A DNA stretch of 64,000 nt. Origin: Candidatus Omnitrophota bacterium (GTDB lineage: Bacteria > Omnitrophota > Gorgyraeia > Zapsychrales > Zapsychraceae). Shown one piece after another: positions 39,000 to 47,254 of the stretch (within the stretch, counting starts at the first letter, position 1; every line of letters starts with the position of its first letter). The position numbers and the translations under genes were made by a program. The stretch spans positions 175,168-239,167 of the forward strand of contig JAJDCB010000011.1 in assembly GCA_029261065.1 (NCBI GenBank), written 5' to 3'. Below the pieces are notes generated by a model that was not told the DNA's origin, did not search any database, and saw nothing but the letters and a program-made list of their open reading frames with translations.

Positions 39000-39617
39000 A
39001 TGAAAAAATTAGGTTTAAATCTTTTTGCTTTATTTGCGATTCTTGGCTTAACGGCAAGTATTGCCTCGGCACAATCGAGTGAAACATTTACTGTTCAAGC
39101 GGAGATCTTACCATCTAATGGTGCGACTTTTTCAGTTAGTAAGGTTACTCCTGGAAATCCAGATCAATTTCAAAGTGTAAATACAACGGATTTGGATTTT
39201 GGTGTGCTTACGTTAAATACTAATTTGGGAATTTTTCTTCCATCATTTTTTTGGGTGATTGATGTTGCTCCAAATGGTGCTGGTAATCCGGATATTGATA
39301 TTGAATATTTGGACACGGGTGCTCCAGCGGGTGCTATAGCAACATTGGGTCAAAGAGGAACGATTAGTTTTGCAGAAGTTATTCCGCAACCAAACAATCA
39401 GCCTGATCAAGTAAATGTTATTAAGGGAGAAAGTTTAGCCGAAGCTGATGGCGATTCCATCGATGAAACACAATTTGCAGCTGGTTTTGCTCGGATTTCT
39501 GTTTCAACAGCTACGGGAGATCCAAATTTACAAGAAGGAACGGCTCAACCATTTACAGCATTGGATAAAGATGGTGTTTATAATGGTCAATTAAAAATAA
39601 CGACGACATTTGATTAA
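39000..39617 (+). CDS. Secreted SCPU/DUF4402-like single-domain protein (candidate major pilin subunit)
   Basis: Signal peptide. N-terminal alternating hydrophobic stretch TFTVQAEIL. C-terminus GVYNGQLKITTTFD-stop, matching the GxYxGxlxvtvxF ending of spore-coat-U/Csu-type pilins. Confidence 0.45.
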   Translation: MKKLGLNLFALFAILGLTASIASAQSSETFTVQAEILPSNGATFSVSKVTPGNPDQFQSVNTTDLDFGVLTLNTNLGIFLPSFFWVIDVAPNGAGNPDIDIEYLDTGAPAGAIATLGQRGTISFAEVIPQPNNQPDQVNVIKGESLAEADGDSIDETQFAAGFARISVSTATGDPNLQEGTAQPFTALDKDGVYNGQLKITTTFD

Positions 39618-39665
39618 TAATAAAAGGTATAGGGGGGGGGCGTGAGCCTCCCCTAAGTTTTTATA

Positions 39666-40475
39666 ATGAAAAAAAATATTTTTATAGTTTTATTAATTTT
39701 AGTGATAAGTGGAATTGCAAATCTTGCACAGGCTCAGATCTTAATGGAGAAAAGCAAGGTTAACTTGACAGTTGCACCTGGTGAAACTGTTGTTGATCAT
39801 ATCAATCTCCATAATACAGGTGAAATCACAAAATCTATTAAAATCTACTGGGAAGATTTTGAATATATTCATCCCTTTAATGGAAAAAAGACTTTTTTAC
39901 CACCTGGAACGTCACAATATTCTATGAGCGATTGGATTACTTATGCCCCAATAGAAGTTACCATCCCCCCGAAATCTAAGAAAAAAATTGATTTTACAAT
40001 TAATGTGCCTATCGATGCTGTTGGAGGTCATTACGGTGTTCTTTTTTTTGAAGATATACCAACGGGTGGAACAGGTAGTAATGTTGGTGTTAGCATTATT
40101 ACCAGATTGGGATCTTTGTTTTATATTGATTCTACAAATAAAGATAAGTCAGCAACGATCGAGGATATCAAAGTTTACGATGATGAATTTGTTGGGAAGT
40201 TTTTGAATCAAGGTAATATTTTTATGATTCCGAAAGGTGTCTATTACGTGATGGACAAAGATGGCTTGGTTGTTACTCGAGGAGAGGTTGGTAAGATCTA
40301 TTTGCCTCCTTCAGCGAAGACTTCTTTTTCTGTGTCTTTAGCAGACGTTAAGCGTCCAGGTGAGTATATGCTTGTTCTGACATTTGATTTAGATGAGGGG
40401 GATAGTGTTGTTAGTGAAATAGATTTTTTAATAAATCAGGATCGATCGCTTCATATTCATCAAGTAAGAAATTAA
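39666..40475 (+). CDS. Secreted protein, candidate periplasmic pilus chaperone (PapD-like two-Ig-domain size and N-terminal pattern)
   Basis: Signal peptide plus ~245 aa mature protein. N-terminal VNLTVAPGETVVDHINLHNTGEITKSIKIYWED resembles the chaperone N-domain pattern (v.l..s..i..g....l.l.N.g...p.l.q.wie). Not verified. Confidence 0.35.
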   Translation: MKKNIFIVLLILVISGIANLAQAQILMEKSKVNLTVAPGETVVDHINLHNTGEITKSIKIYWEDFEYIHPFNGKKTFLPPGTSQYSMSDWITYAPIEVTIPPKSKKKIDFTINVPIDAVGGHYGVLFFEDIPTGGTGSNVGVSIITRLGSLFYIDSTNKDKSATIEDIKVYDDEFVGKFLNQGNIFMIPKGVYYVMDKDGLVVTRGEVGKIYLPPSAKTSFSVSLADVKRPGEYMLVLTFDLDEGDSVVSEIDFLINQDRSLHIHQVRN

Positions 40476-40595
40476 GCTTGAGCATTTGTTTCCTAAGCTA
40501 AATAAAGAAATGTAATGATAATTTTTATTCAAGGACCAAATTGATGCTCAAAGGAAAATTAAGATTAGTAACTGTATGTTGTAATTTGTTTCGTT

Positions 40596-43500
40596 ATGAA
40601 AAAAAATATTTGGCCTATTCATATAATTTTAATTTTATTATTGGTTTTTCAGCCTACTTTGGTTTGGGCGCAAAACCCAAGCACCTACCAGCTCTATCTT
40701 CAGTTAGGTAAATATGCTTTAAGAGATGACAACTTTGAAAAAGCTTATTTTTATATGCAAGCCGCTTACATGTCCGACCCCAAGCGACCTGAAGCGCAAC
40801 GGTATTTAGAGCGAATTCCTAATTTCCCCGATTATCAATATTCTTATTCTCATTATATGGCATTAGCTTATGACGCCTTAGATGCAAGCCGCTTTCATTT
40901 GGCGTATCTTTATTTTGATGCTGCGCATAACGTCAATCCTTCAGCTTATGAGCCTTTGGAAAACATTAAACGTTTAAGTTTATTTCGTTCTCCTAGAAAA
41001 GGTAAGAAACGTAAGAAGATAGTTAAAAGAAGTCGTCCCATAAAGCGAACTAAAAAAATTGTACAAAAAACTAAATCTTTTCCGATTCTACCTAAGAAAG
41101 AAATTCGTGTGGAATCTTCTGTGGATACCAAAAAGAGTGTTAGGACATATAGTAAACCCAAAGAAGTAGAGAAGACACCATCGTCTAGGGCAGAGGAGAT
41201 AACAAGATCTCAAACAGTTGAAAAAGAGTTTCAAAAAGATAAAACGTCTCCTCTTATAAAGAGTAAAATAACATTTAGTGTAAATGAGGATTTGAAAGTT
41301 GCTGAGACACTTCTCTTAAGCGATGAGTTGTGGGACGCTCGATCAACAAAAACGATTGAGATCGAAATCGGTCATTCTGTTATCTTGGAAGGTCAGAATA
41401 TCGAACGGTACTTAGTTATTACCCAGGGCATGATTGAGGTTTCTCGTCTTGATCGTAATCGTATAGAGATTCAAAGTTTAAAACGGGGCTCCACACTCTT
41501 TCATGTGTGGGATGATAGGGGGCGGTGGACTTTTAATATTGTGGGCACGTTGCCTGAAAAGATTGTTAATGAAAGGGCGGAGAAAGAAAAACAGATTGAA
41601 GAACATACAGAGAATTTTAGGTTTGGTTATTCTAATAATTGGGATACTTTTTATGTAGGTGATAGTGTCAAAAATTTAGAGCAAGAAAGTTTGTTCTTTA
41701 GGCAATGGTTGGGTATTTATGGGCCGACACCTTATGGCTATTTTGACGGTTCTGTTAACTATTTCAAATTTAAAGAATCAACGGAGCTTGTTGGTCAGAC
41801 ATTTGGTTTAACAGATGCGCAGATAGGGCCTTTTAAAGATTTCTCTCTTCGTGGTTATGATGCAACGAAAAGGTTTTCGGAGTTATCATTGCCGGGTCGT
41901 TCTTTTCGAGGAGTGTTGTTAGATGCGTATGCTTTTCAGCGGCGTTTAAAGTATTCCCTTTTAAAAGGGCAAGATCGAGCCGTGTTTTTGACTGTTTCTC
42001 CAGGAAGTAACGAAGAGAGGAATTCATATATCGAGGGAGCTAAAGTTATTTTATTCCCTGATCAAGAAACTCAATTTTCCTTTAATTATGCCAGAGGTTA
42101 TGGAGATGAACGATTAGCATTTTTAAAGAGTAAAGTTTATTCAATTGAAGCCCAAACGAAATTCGAAAATTTATTTACGCAGGCAGAGTTAGCTTATGAT
42201 GAAGATGTTTTTGCAAGTATTATTCGCACGCGTTTGGAGCGAGAAAATTATTCGTTAAGAGTAAATTTACGAGATGTTGATAAAAATTTTCTTACGATTA
42301 CCTCGCGCTCCTCGGCTACAGGCGAAGTGGGAGGGAATATCATTTTTAATTGGGATCCTAAAGATCGAGATATTCAATTTTCAACCAATTTAGATATTTA
42401 TCGTGATCGTGAAATACCAAACGAAGACAACCCAAATGATGTCAATCTTGATTTGGGGATGTTTATTTCTAAATCTTTCTCTAAGTCGACAAAACTAAGT
42501 AGTTCGTTCTTCTTCGTGCATACCCCACAGTTAATTTCTCCGCGTGATAATTTGAGATGGAATAATACTTTATCCCATACTTTTAGAATATGGCAAGAGA
42601 AGGCTTTAACAACATTTGTTACTGCCTCGTATCAACGTAGTCGTTTTGATTTTTCCTCTTCTTCAGAGTTTGATCGTTATAGCCTACGTGCTGGATTCCG
42701 ACTTCCGTTGTTAGATGGTTTATCTTATTTTGCAAATTACGAATATTCTTGGGTGGATGAAGTGGAAACAGGAGACACCAATAGTCCTACAGTTTTTCTA
42801 ACAGGATTAAGCTACTCCAAACGTTTTCATGATCTTCTATCCGGAAGAATAAGCTTCTTCTATAGAGACGAACAGAATGCAGAGAGTGACTTAAGTTTTC
42901 TTTCAGGCCAAGACGATATCCGAACTAACTTTGGTCTCTCTTATCGACCTAATCCCGATGTGGAAGTTTTTATGGATGGAAGTTTTCGCAGTGTCTGGAG
43001 TGAGAATGAAGATCAAGCTGCCTTTAATGATGCGGATTTGCGTTTAGGGTTACGTTCCTCGTGGGATCTATTATTTCGATGGGATCCAAAAGCCAAGATT
43101 TCTGGCGTTGTGTTTAAAGATTTAGATGGGAATGGTCTTCAAAATAATGGTGAGCCTGGCATAGCAGATATATTAATTAATGTAGGGAGAAAATCGGCAA
43201 AAACTAATAAAGAAGGGAAATATGCTTCAAGCATACGAGCAAAAAAGATTGCAGTAGCGATAAATACAGGATCTATCCCACAAGGGTTTTTACTATCTAC
43301 GGATTTAGAGAAAAGCGTTGAAATTGAGCATCTTCAAAAATATAGCGTTAATTTTGGCTTAATGGCTCGCACAAGTATTTACGGTGTTGTCTTTGTTGAT
43401 AACAATAAGAATAAGGCGCTGGATCGATCAGATAAAAGGATAGCCAATGCTAAACTAACGCTTAATGGCAAGCAATCCACGCAGTCAAATGCTGATGGGA

Positions 43501-43658
43501 CATATTATTTTGAAAATATCAACCCAGGAAAGCATACCCTCGTTTTGGACGTTAATTCCCTACCTTTAAAATATCTTCCCATGATTAAAATTAAAAATAC
43601 TTTTTCAGTAAAAGAGGGAACAACCTTCACGTTGCATGTACCGCTTGAGAAAAAATAG
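40596..43658 (+). CDS. Large outer-membrane protein (1020 aa): TPR-like N-terminus, polybasic linker, pilus-assembly N-like beta domain, beta-barrel region, two C-terminal carboxypeptidase-regulatory-like domains; candidate usher-like pore
   Basis: Signal peptide. K/R-rich segment RSPRKGKKRKKIVKRSRPIKRTKKIVQKTK. IEIEIGHSVILEG...GSTLFHVWDD resembles the pilus-formation/secretin N-type domain. Beta-strand-rich middle. GVVFKDLDGNGLQNNGEPGIADILINV and IYGVVFVDNNKNKALD...GTYYFENINPGKHTL CarboxypepD_reg-like repeats. Confidence 0.45.
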   Translation: MKKNIWPIHIILILLLVFQPTLVWAQNPSTYQLYLQLGKYALRDDNFEKAYFYMQAAYMSDPKRPEAQRYLERIPNFPDYQYSYSHYMALAYDALDASRFHLAYLYFDAAHNVNPSAYEPLENIKRLSLFRSPRKGKKRKKIVKRSRPIKRTKKIVQKTKSFPILPKKEIRVESSVDTKKSVRTYSKPKEVEKTPSSRAEEITRSQTVEKEFQKDKTSPLIKSKITFSVNEDLKVAETLLLSDELWDARSTKTIEIEIGHSVILEGQNIERYLVITQGMIEVSRLDRNRIEIQSLKRGSTLFHVWDDRGRWTFNIVGTLPEKIVNERAEKEKQIEEHTENFRFGYSNNWDTFYVGDSVKNLEQESLFFRQWLGIYGPTPYGYFDGSVNYFKFKESTELVGQTFGLTDAQIGPFKDFSLRGYDATKRFSELSLPGRSFRGVLLDAYAFQRRLKYSLLKGQDRAVFLTVSPGSNEERNSYIEGAKVILFPDQETQFSFNYARGYGDERLAFLKSKVYSIEAQTKFENLFTQAELAYDEDVFASIIRTRLERENYSLRVNLRDVDKNFLTITSRSSATGEVGGNIIFNWDPKDRDIQFSTNLDIYRDREIPNEDNPNDVNLDLGMFISKSFSKSTKLSSSFFFVHTPQLISPRDNLRWNNTLSHTFRIWQEKALTTFVTASYQRSRFDFSSSSEFDRYSLRAGFRLPLLDGLSYFANYEYSWVDEVETGDTNSPTVFLTGLSYSKRFHDLLSGRISFFYRDEQNAESDLSFLSGQDDIRTNFGLSYRPNPDVEVFMDGSFRSVWSENEDQAAFNDADLRLGLRSSWDLLFRWDPKAKISGVVFKDLDGNGLQNNGEPGIADILINVGRKSAKTNKEGKYASSIRAKKIAVAINTGSIPQGFLLSTDLEKSVEIEHLQKYSVNFGLMARTSIYGVVFVDNNKNKALDRSDKRIANAKLTLNGKQSTQSNADGTYYFENINPGKHTLVLDVNSLPLKYLPMIKIKNTFSVKEGTTFTLHVPLEKK

Positions 43659-43668
43659 GAGTAATATT

Positions 43669-43908
43669 TTATTTGGGGACTATGGTAATGAGGGTAATTC
43701 TTTGATCATTTCTCCAAAGTTCTTCTGAGATGTGATCAAAATCTTCCTTTTCAAAAGATCTTTCAGAGAGAGCTGGTGTATTAAATCCAGCGATGGCAGG
43801 GATCGTGACACTAATGCGATACGTAACACTAGATGATGCCATTAAAAGAGGTGTGTTTAAAATTATTATGATAAGTGTGATTAAACATAGGTGAAGATAT
43901 CGAGACAT
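43669..43908 (-). CDS. Small secreted hypothetical protein (79 aa)
   Basis: Signal peptide MSRYLHLCLITLIIIILNTPLLMASSS. Its ATG overlaps the stop of the upstream minus-strand gene by 1 nt (coupling). ORF-track start trimmed. Confidence 0.45.
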   Translation of the reverse strand: MSRYLHLCLITLIIIILNTPLLMASSSVTYRISVTIPAIAGFNTPALSERSFEKEDFDHISEELWRNDQRITLITIVPK

Positions 43909-44288
43909 TACTGTCTCCTTATTTCTCTCTCCCCATTGAATGTATCGAGAGACAATGGAGGGAAGCCCGAAGGCAGTCTTGACCACCCGCGGGCTGGGAA
44001 GATTGAAGGTTTAAGACCTTCAATATCAAGTAAACAAATTTCCAGCCTTCTATCATCCAGCCAAAATTCATCTGAATATTTTTTCCAATCATTGTGATAA
44101 TTGGAATTACGTAATTGTTCTTTTATTTGATTGATTATTAGGTAATCGATGGGGGTAATCGAGTCATGGTCAATGACTTTAATACTCAGGGCATTTTTGG
44201 ATAGCTGCAGAGTATTTGCTGCTAACGCATAGGTTGCAACAAATTGTAGGGCGACTACAAATATGCAGATTTGGATTAATTTTTTCAT
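43908..44288 (-). CDS. Small secreted hypothetical protein (126 aa)
   Basis: Signal peptide MKKLIQICIFVVALQFVATYALAAN; GAGAAG SD upstream. Confidence 0.55.
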   Translation of the reverse strand: MKKLIQICIFVVALQFVATYALAANTLQLSKNALSIKVIDHDSITPIDYLIINQIKEQLRNSNYHNDWKKYSDEFWLDDRRLEICLLDIEGLKPSIFPARGWSRLPSGFPPLSLDTFNGEREIRRQ

Positions 44289-44313
44289 CTTCGCTTCTCT
44301 TTCTTTGAGTTAC

Positions 44314-44355
44314 CCCAAAAAAGGGGCAAAAAAAATACCCTCGAAAGAGAGGGCG
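44314..44355 (-). terminator. Strong minus-strand intrinsic terminator (hairpin CCCTC-N6-GAGGG + U8 + second hairpin CCCC-U6-GGGG)
   Basis: Read on the minus strand as CGCCCUCUCUUUCGAGGGUAUUUUUUUUGCCCCUUUUUUGGGG. It terminates a transcript coming from higher coordinates. Confidence 0.65.
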
Positions 44356-44580
44356 AAGGTCAAAATTGACGGAATTCATTTTCATGAATGAATCACGGCA
44401 GTCAGACAACCTTATTCCGGGGGGCCAGAATGTAGGCTCACGACTTTGTCTACGAGCGCTTTCGCGTTCATAGCCAAGTATCTTTAAGGATACTTGGGCC
44501 CTACTCTTTCGAGATAGTTTACCTTTCAAAATTAAAAGATCGATAAGATCACTTAAATAGCGTTGATCTTAAGAGCTAAT
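44314..44580 (-). ncRNA. Candidate structured small RNA (unclassified), ~260 nt, minus strand
   Basis: sigma70-like promoter on the minus strand (TTGCCT-17nt-TATACT; plus-strand coordinates 44584..44612). Several perfect hairpins: 9-bp CCAAGTATC/GATACTTGG, 8-bp TAAGATCA/TGATCTTA, ATTCAT-GAAA-ATGAAT. Strong terminator. No credible ORF. Class not identified; it could instead be part of the leader/promoter of the ECF sigma gene. Confidence 0.25.
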
Positions 44581-44652
44581 TGAAGTATAACATAGGATAT
44601 ACCTGAAGGCAAAAATTTGGCCTTCTTCTGCCTTGAAAAATATAGGGATATT

Positions 44653-45291
44653 ATGGATAACCTAAGCTCTGCAAAGAGTTACGAAGATGATCCGGATGTG
44701 AAATTAATGTTGGAATTTCAAGCTGGGGATAAGGCTAGCTTTGAGAAGCTGATGGTTAAATATTATCCTCGTATTCTGAATTTTATCTATCGGTTTATCC
44801 CAAGTCGTGAGGTTTCAGAAGATATTGCGCAGGAGGCATTTATGCGTGTGTATAAATCTGTCCAAAGCTATCGACCACAATCAAAATTCAATACATGGCT
44901 TTTTACGATAGCTAAGAACTTAAGTCTCAATGAGTTACGAAAAAATAAAAAAAAAGGTGCTTCGTTAGATGCTCCAATTAAATCTAGTGAAGGGAGTTTT
45001 ATACGTCAAGTTGAAGATAAAAATGCTTTAAATCCATCAGATGATTTGATACAAAGTGAAGTCTCCCAAGTGGTTAAAGCCGCAATCGAAGAGCTGCCAG
45101 AAAATCAGCGTATGGCTGTGTTATTACGCCGATATGAAAACTTATCCTATGATGAAATTGCGAAAACCATGAACACCACAGCGAAAGCTGTAAAGTCTTT
45201 GCTCAGTAGGGCTAAGGAAAATTTGAAGGTTAGGTTAGCGAGTTTTAAGAAATCAGGGGATTTGCAGGAAAATCCAAATCAAAAAGGCTAG
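44653..45291 (+). CDS. ECF-type RNA polymerase sigma-70 factor
   Basis: Region 2 (LMLEFQAGDKASFEKLMVKYYPRILNFIYRFI...AQEAFMRVY) and region 4 HTH (NQRMAVLLRRYENLSYDEIAKTMNTTAKAVKSLLSRAKENL). Start set at MDNLSS. Confidence 0.85.
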   Translation: MDNLSSAKSYEDDPDVKLMLEFQAGDKASFEKLMVKYYPRILNFIYRFIPSREVSEDIAQEAFMRVYKSVQSYRPQSKFNTWLFTIAKNLSLNELRKNKKKGASLDAPIKSSEGSFIRQVEDKNALNPSDDLIQSEVSQVVKAAIEELPENQRMAVLLRRYENLSYDEIAKTMNTTAKAVKSLLSRAKENLKVRLASFKKSGDLQENPNQKG

Positions 45292-45370
45292 ATTCTTAAC
45301 GAAACTTTTTTACCTAAATAGTGTTAAAATAGATAGAAGTTATGAAATAATTATTTGAAGGAGGGGAAAC

Positions 45371-45916
45371 ATGGATTGCCAGAATATTAGGAAGCTCATT
45401 CCAACCTATCTCGATCAAGAGCTGGATAACGAACAAACAGCGATGGTCAAAGATCATACTTCTAAATGTGTTGCCTGCCAAAAAGAGTTAAATCAATATC
45501 AAAAATCTTGGGATATGCTTGATCACCTTCAGGAGATTGAACCAGATCCCCATTATATGTCACGTTTTTGGACTAAGGTGTCTGAAGAAAAACCTTGGTA
45601 CGAAACTATTCTAGATAATATCAGGACAGGACTATTCGCAAACAAACTGATTCCAGCTTTAGCTGTAAGTTGCTTTCTCTTTGTTATGAGTTTTACTGTT
45701 TTTCAACGATATCAGTCTGCCAATATGGATCAGCAAATTCTTGAATTATCTAAGGAAGATTATGATGTGGTGAGTACTCTTGAATTGGTGGAAAATTTAG
45801 ATATCATCGAAGATATTGATTTAATTGAAGAATTGGATATTATAGATAGCTTAGATACAACTGATAATTTACAAAGTGAATTAAAAAATATTAGAAAGAG
45901 ATTGTATCATGTGTAG
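45371..45916 (+). CDS. Putative zinc-finger (ZAS-type) anti-sigma factor with a transmembrane segment
   Basis: HxxxCxxC motif (HTSKCVACQKE) near the N-terminus. Single TM helix (LIPALAVSCFLFVMSFTVF). Positioned immediately after the ECF sigma gene. Strong SD. Confidence 0.6.
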   Translation: MDCQNIRKLIPTYLDQELDNEQTAMVKDHTSKCVACQKELNQYQKSWDMLDHLQEIEPDPHYMSRFWTKVSEEKPWYETILDNIRTGLFANKLIPALAVSCFLFVMSFTVFQRYQSANMDQQILELSKEDYDVVSTLELVENLDIIEDIDLIEELDIIDSLDTTDNLQSELKNIRKRLYHV

Positions 45917-45951
45917 AGATAAAAAATACGATGTAGAGATTGGAGAAAAAA

Positions 45952-46452
45952 ATGAATACGAAACAACTATATAAAGTTAATTTTATAACACTTATTGTGG
46001 TATGTTTTCTAGCAAACGTAGGGTTTGCTCAAGATGATATTGCCTATGAGTCTCAAGAGTTTCAGAGGTTTGTTCAAGCCAATAAAGAAAGATGGCCTGA
46101 GTTGCAAGATCGTTGGGAGAATATGGCGGAAGATGATAAAAAAAGGATGAGAGGGCGTTGGAAGAAGTGGCAGCAATTGGATGAAGGAAAAAAGGAAACG
46201 ATTAAGAAACGCCATGAAAAATTTAAAAATCTGCCGCCGGAGAAAAAGAAAGAAATTAAAGAGAAATGGAATCGGTACAAAGATTTAGATCCTCAAGAGC
46301 GAAAGAGGTTAAAGACGAAACATGAGCGTTGGAAAAATATGTCAGAAGAAGATAAGCAAAAGTTTAAGAAAAAACGTAAAAAGATGAAAAATATGACGCC
46401 AGAAGAGCGTAAGGAATTTCGTAAACAAAGAAGGAAAGACAGGCAAGATTAA
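45952..46452 (+). CDS. Secreted K/E/R-rich repeat protein, DUF3106-like
   Basis: Signal peptide. Repeated W-x-x-(L/M)-x-x-E-E/D-(R/K)-K modules (RWENMAEDDKKRM; KWNRYKDLDPQERKRL; RWKNMSEEDKQKF; MKNMTPEERKEF), as in DUF3106 proteins of sigma-E-type operons. Confidence 0.5.
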   Translation: MNTKQLYKVNFITLIVVCFLANVGFAQDDIAYESQEFQRFVQANKERWPELQDRWENMAEDDKKRMRGRWKKWQQLDEGKKETIKKRHEKFKNLPPEKKKEIKEKWNRYKDLDPQERKRLKTKHERWKNMSEEDKQKFKKKRKKMKNMTPEERKEFRKQRRKDRQD

Positions 46453-46484
46453 GTCTGTTTAGAAAAACATTTATAGAAAAAATC

Positions 46485-47249
46485 ATGAAAGTAAATATAA
46501 TTTCGTACAGTTTTGTTTTATTAGTGGCATTGTTTCTTAGTGGCTACAAGACAGTTAACCTTGCTGATCTAGAGACGGCTGTTGTTAAAAAAGAATATAG
46601 TCGTGCCAAGAAAATGGCTCAGGATGTTCTAAGTCGTGAGAAGGTCTCTGCAAAACGTTTTGAAGCTAAGTATTATTTAGGCTTAGTTCATCTGGCTTTA
46701 GGCGAAAACAAAAATGCTTTAAATGTTTTTAAAGCGCTATCCTCTGAGAAATTATCTCAGCCCTTAAAAGATAAAGTTCAGTTAGCTCTATTCGATTCTT
46801 ATTATGTTCTTGAACAATATAAAGAAGCTTTAAAGTCGGTTAAAAAGCTGGGAAGAAAAAGGCGGAAGTCAGAATTTTTAAGTTTAATTTATCTAAAGGT
46901 TGCTCGCGCCAATTTGAAGTTAGCTAGATGGGATGATGCGCAGTTATATCTTAATAAAATTGTTAATGAACTTCCCAATAGTTTTGAGGCACATATTGCG
47001 CAACAGCTTTTAGGAGAAAAGCATTTTTACGCAGTACAAGTCGGAGCTTTTTTAGAACAAAAGCGAGCAGAACAACTGTCGAGGGAATTAAAACAACAGG
47101 ATGAATATGCTTATATCGTAGAAACTGTTGATCGTCAGCAACGCAAGTTTTATCGCGTTCGCGTAGGTCAAATGACAGAGTTAAGTGAAGCAAAACTTTT
47201 AAAAACCAGGTTTTCTAAACTAGGTTACCCCGCCCAAATTTATCCTTAA
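46485..47249 (+). CDS. SPOR domain protein with an N-terminal TPR-like region
   Basis: C-terminal SPOR domain YAVQVGAF...YRVRVGQMTELSEAKLLKTRFSKLGYPAQIYP. Confidence 0.7.
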   Translation: MKVNIISYSFVLLVALFLSGYKTVNLADLETAVVKKEYSRAKKMAQDVLSREKVSAKRFEAKYYLGLVHLALGENKNALNVFKALSSEKLSQPLKDKVQLALFDSYYVLEQYKEALKSVKKLGRKRRKSEFLSLIYLKVARANLKLARWDDAQLYLNKIVNELPNSFEAHIAQQLLGEKHFYAVQVGAFLEQKRAEQLSRELKQQDEYAYIVETVDRQQRKFYRVRVGQMTELSEAKLLKTRFSKLGYPAQIYP

Positions 47250-47254
47250 TTTAA

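Noticed and set aside
44179-44529. 116-aa minus-strand ORF in the large intergenic region
   Set aside because: It reads through the strong minus-strand terminator hairpins and overlaps the downstream gene 43908..44288. It has no SD. The region is more parsimoniously a structured non-coding RNA/regulatory region.
44314-44600. Assignment of the structured intergenic RNA to 6S RNA, tmRNA, SRP RNA or RNase P RNA
   Set aside because: No tmRNA tag-peptide frame (…AA-stop) or T-arm-like GGUUCGAUUCC. No SRP GGAAGCAGCC or RNase P GGAAAGUCCGG motifs. A 6S-like closed stem with central bubble could not be convincingly drawn by eye. It is left unclassified.
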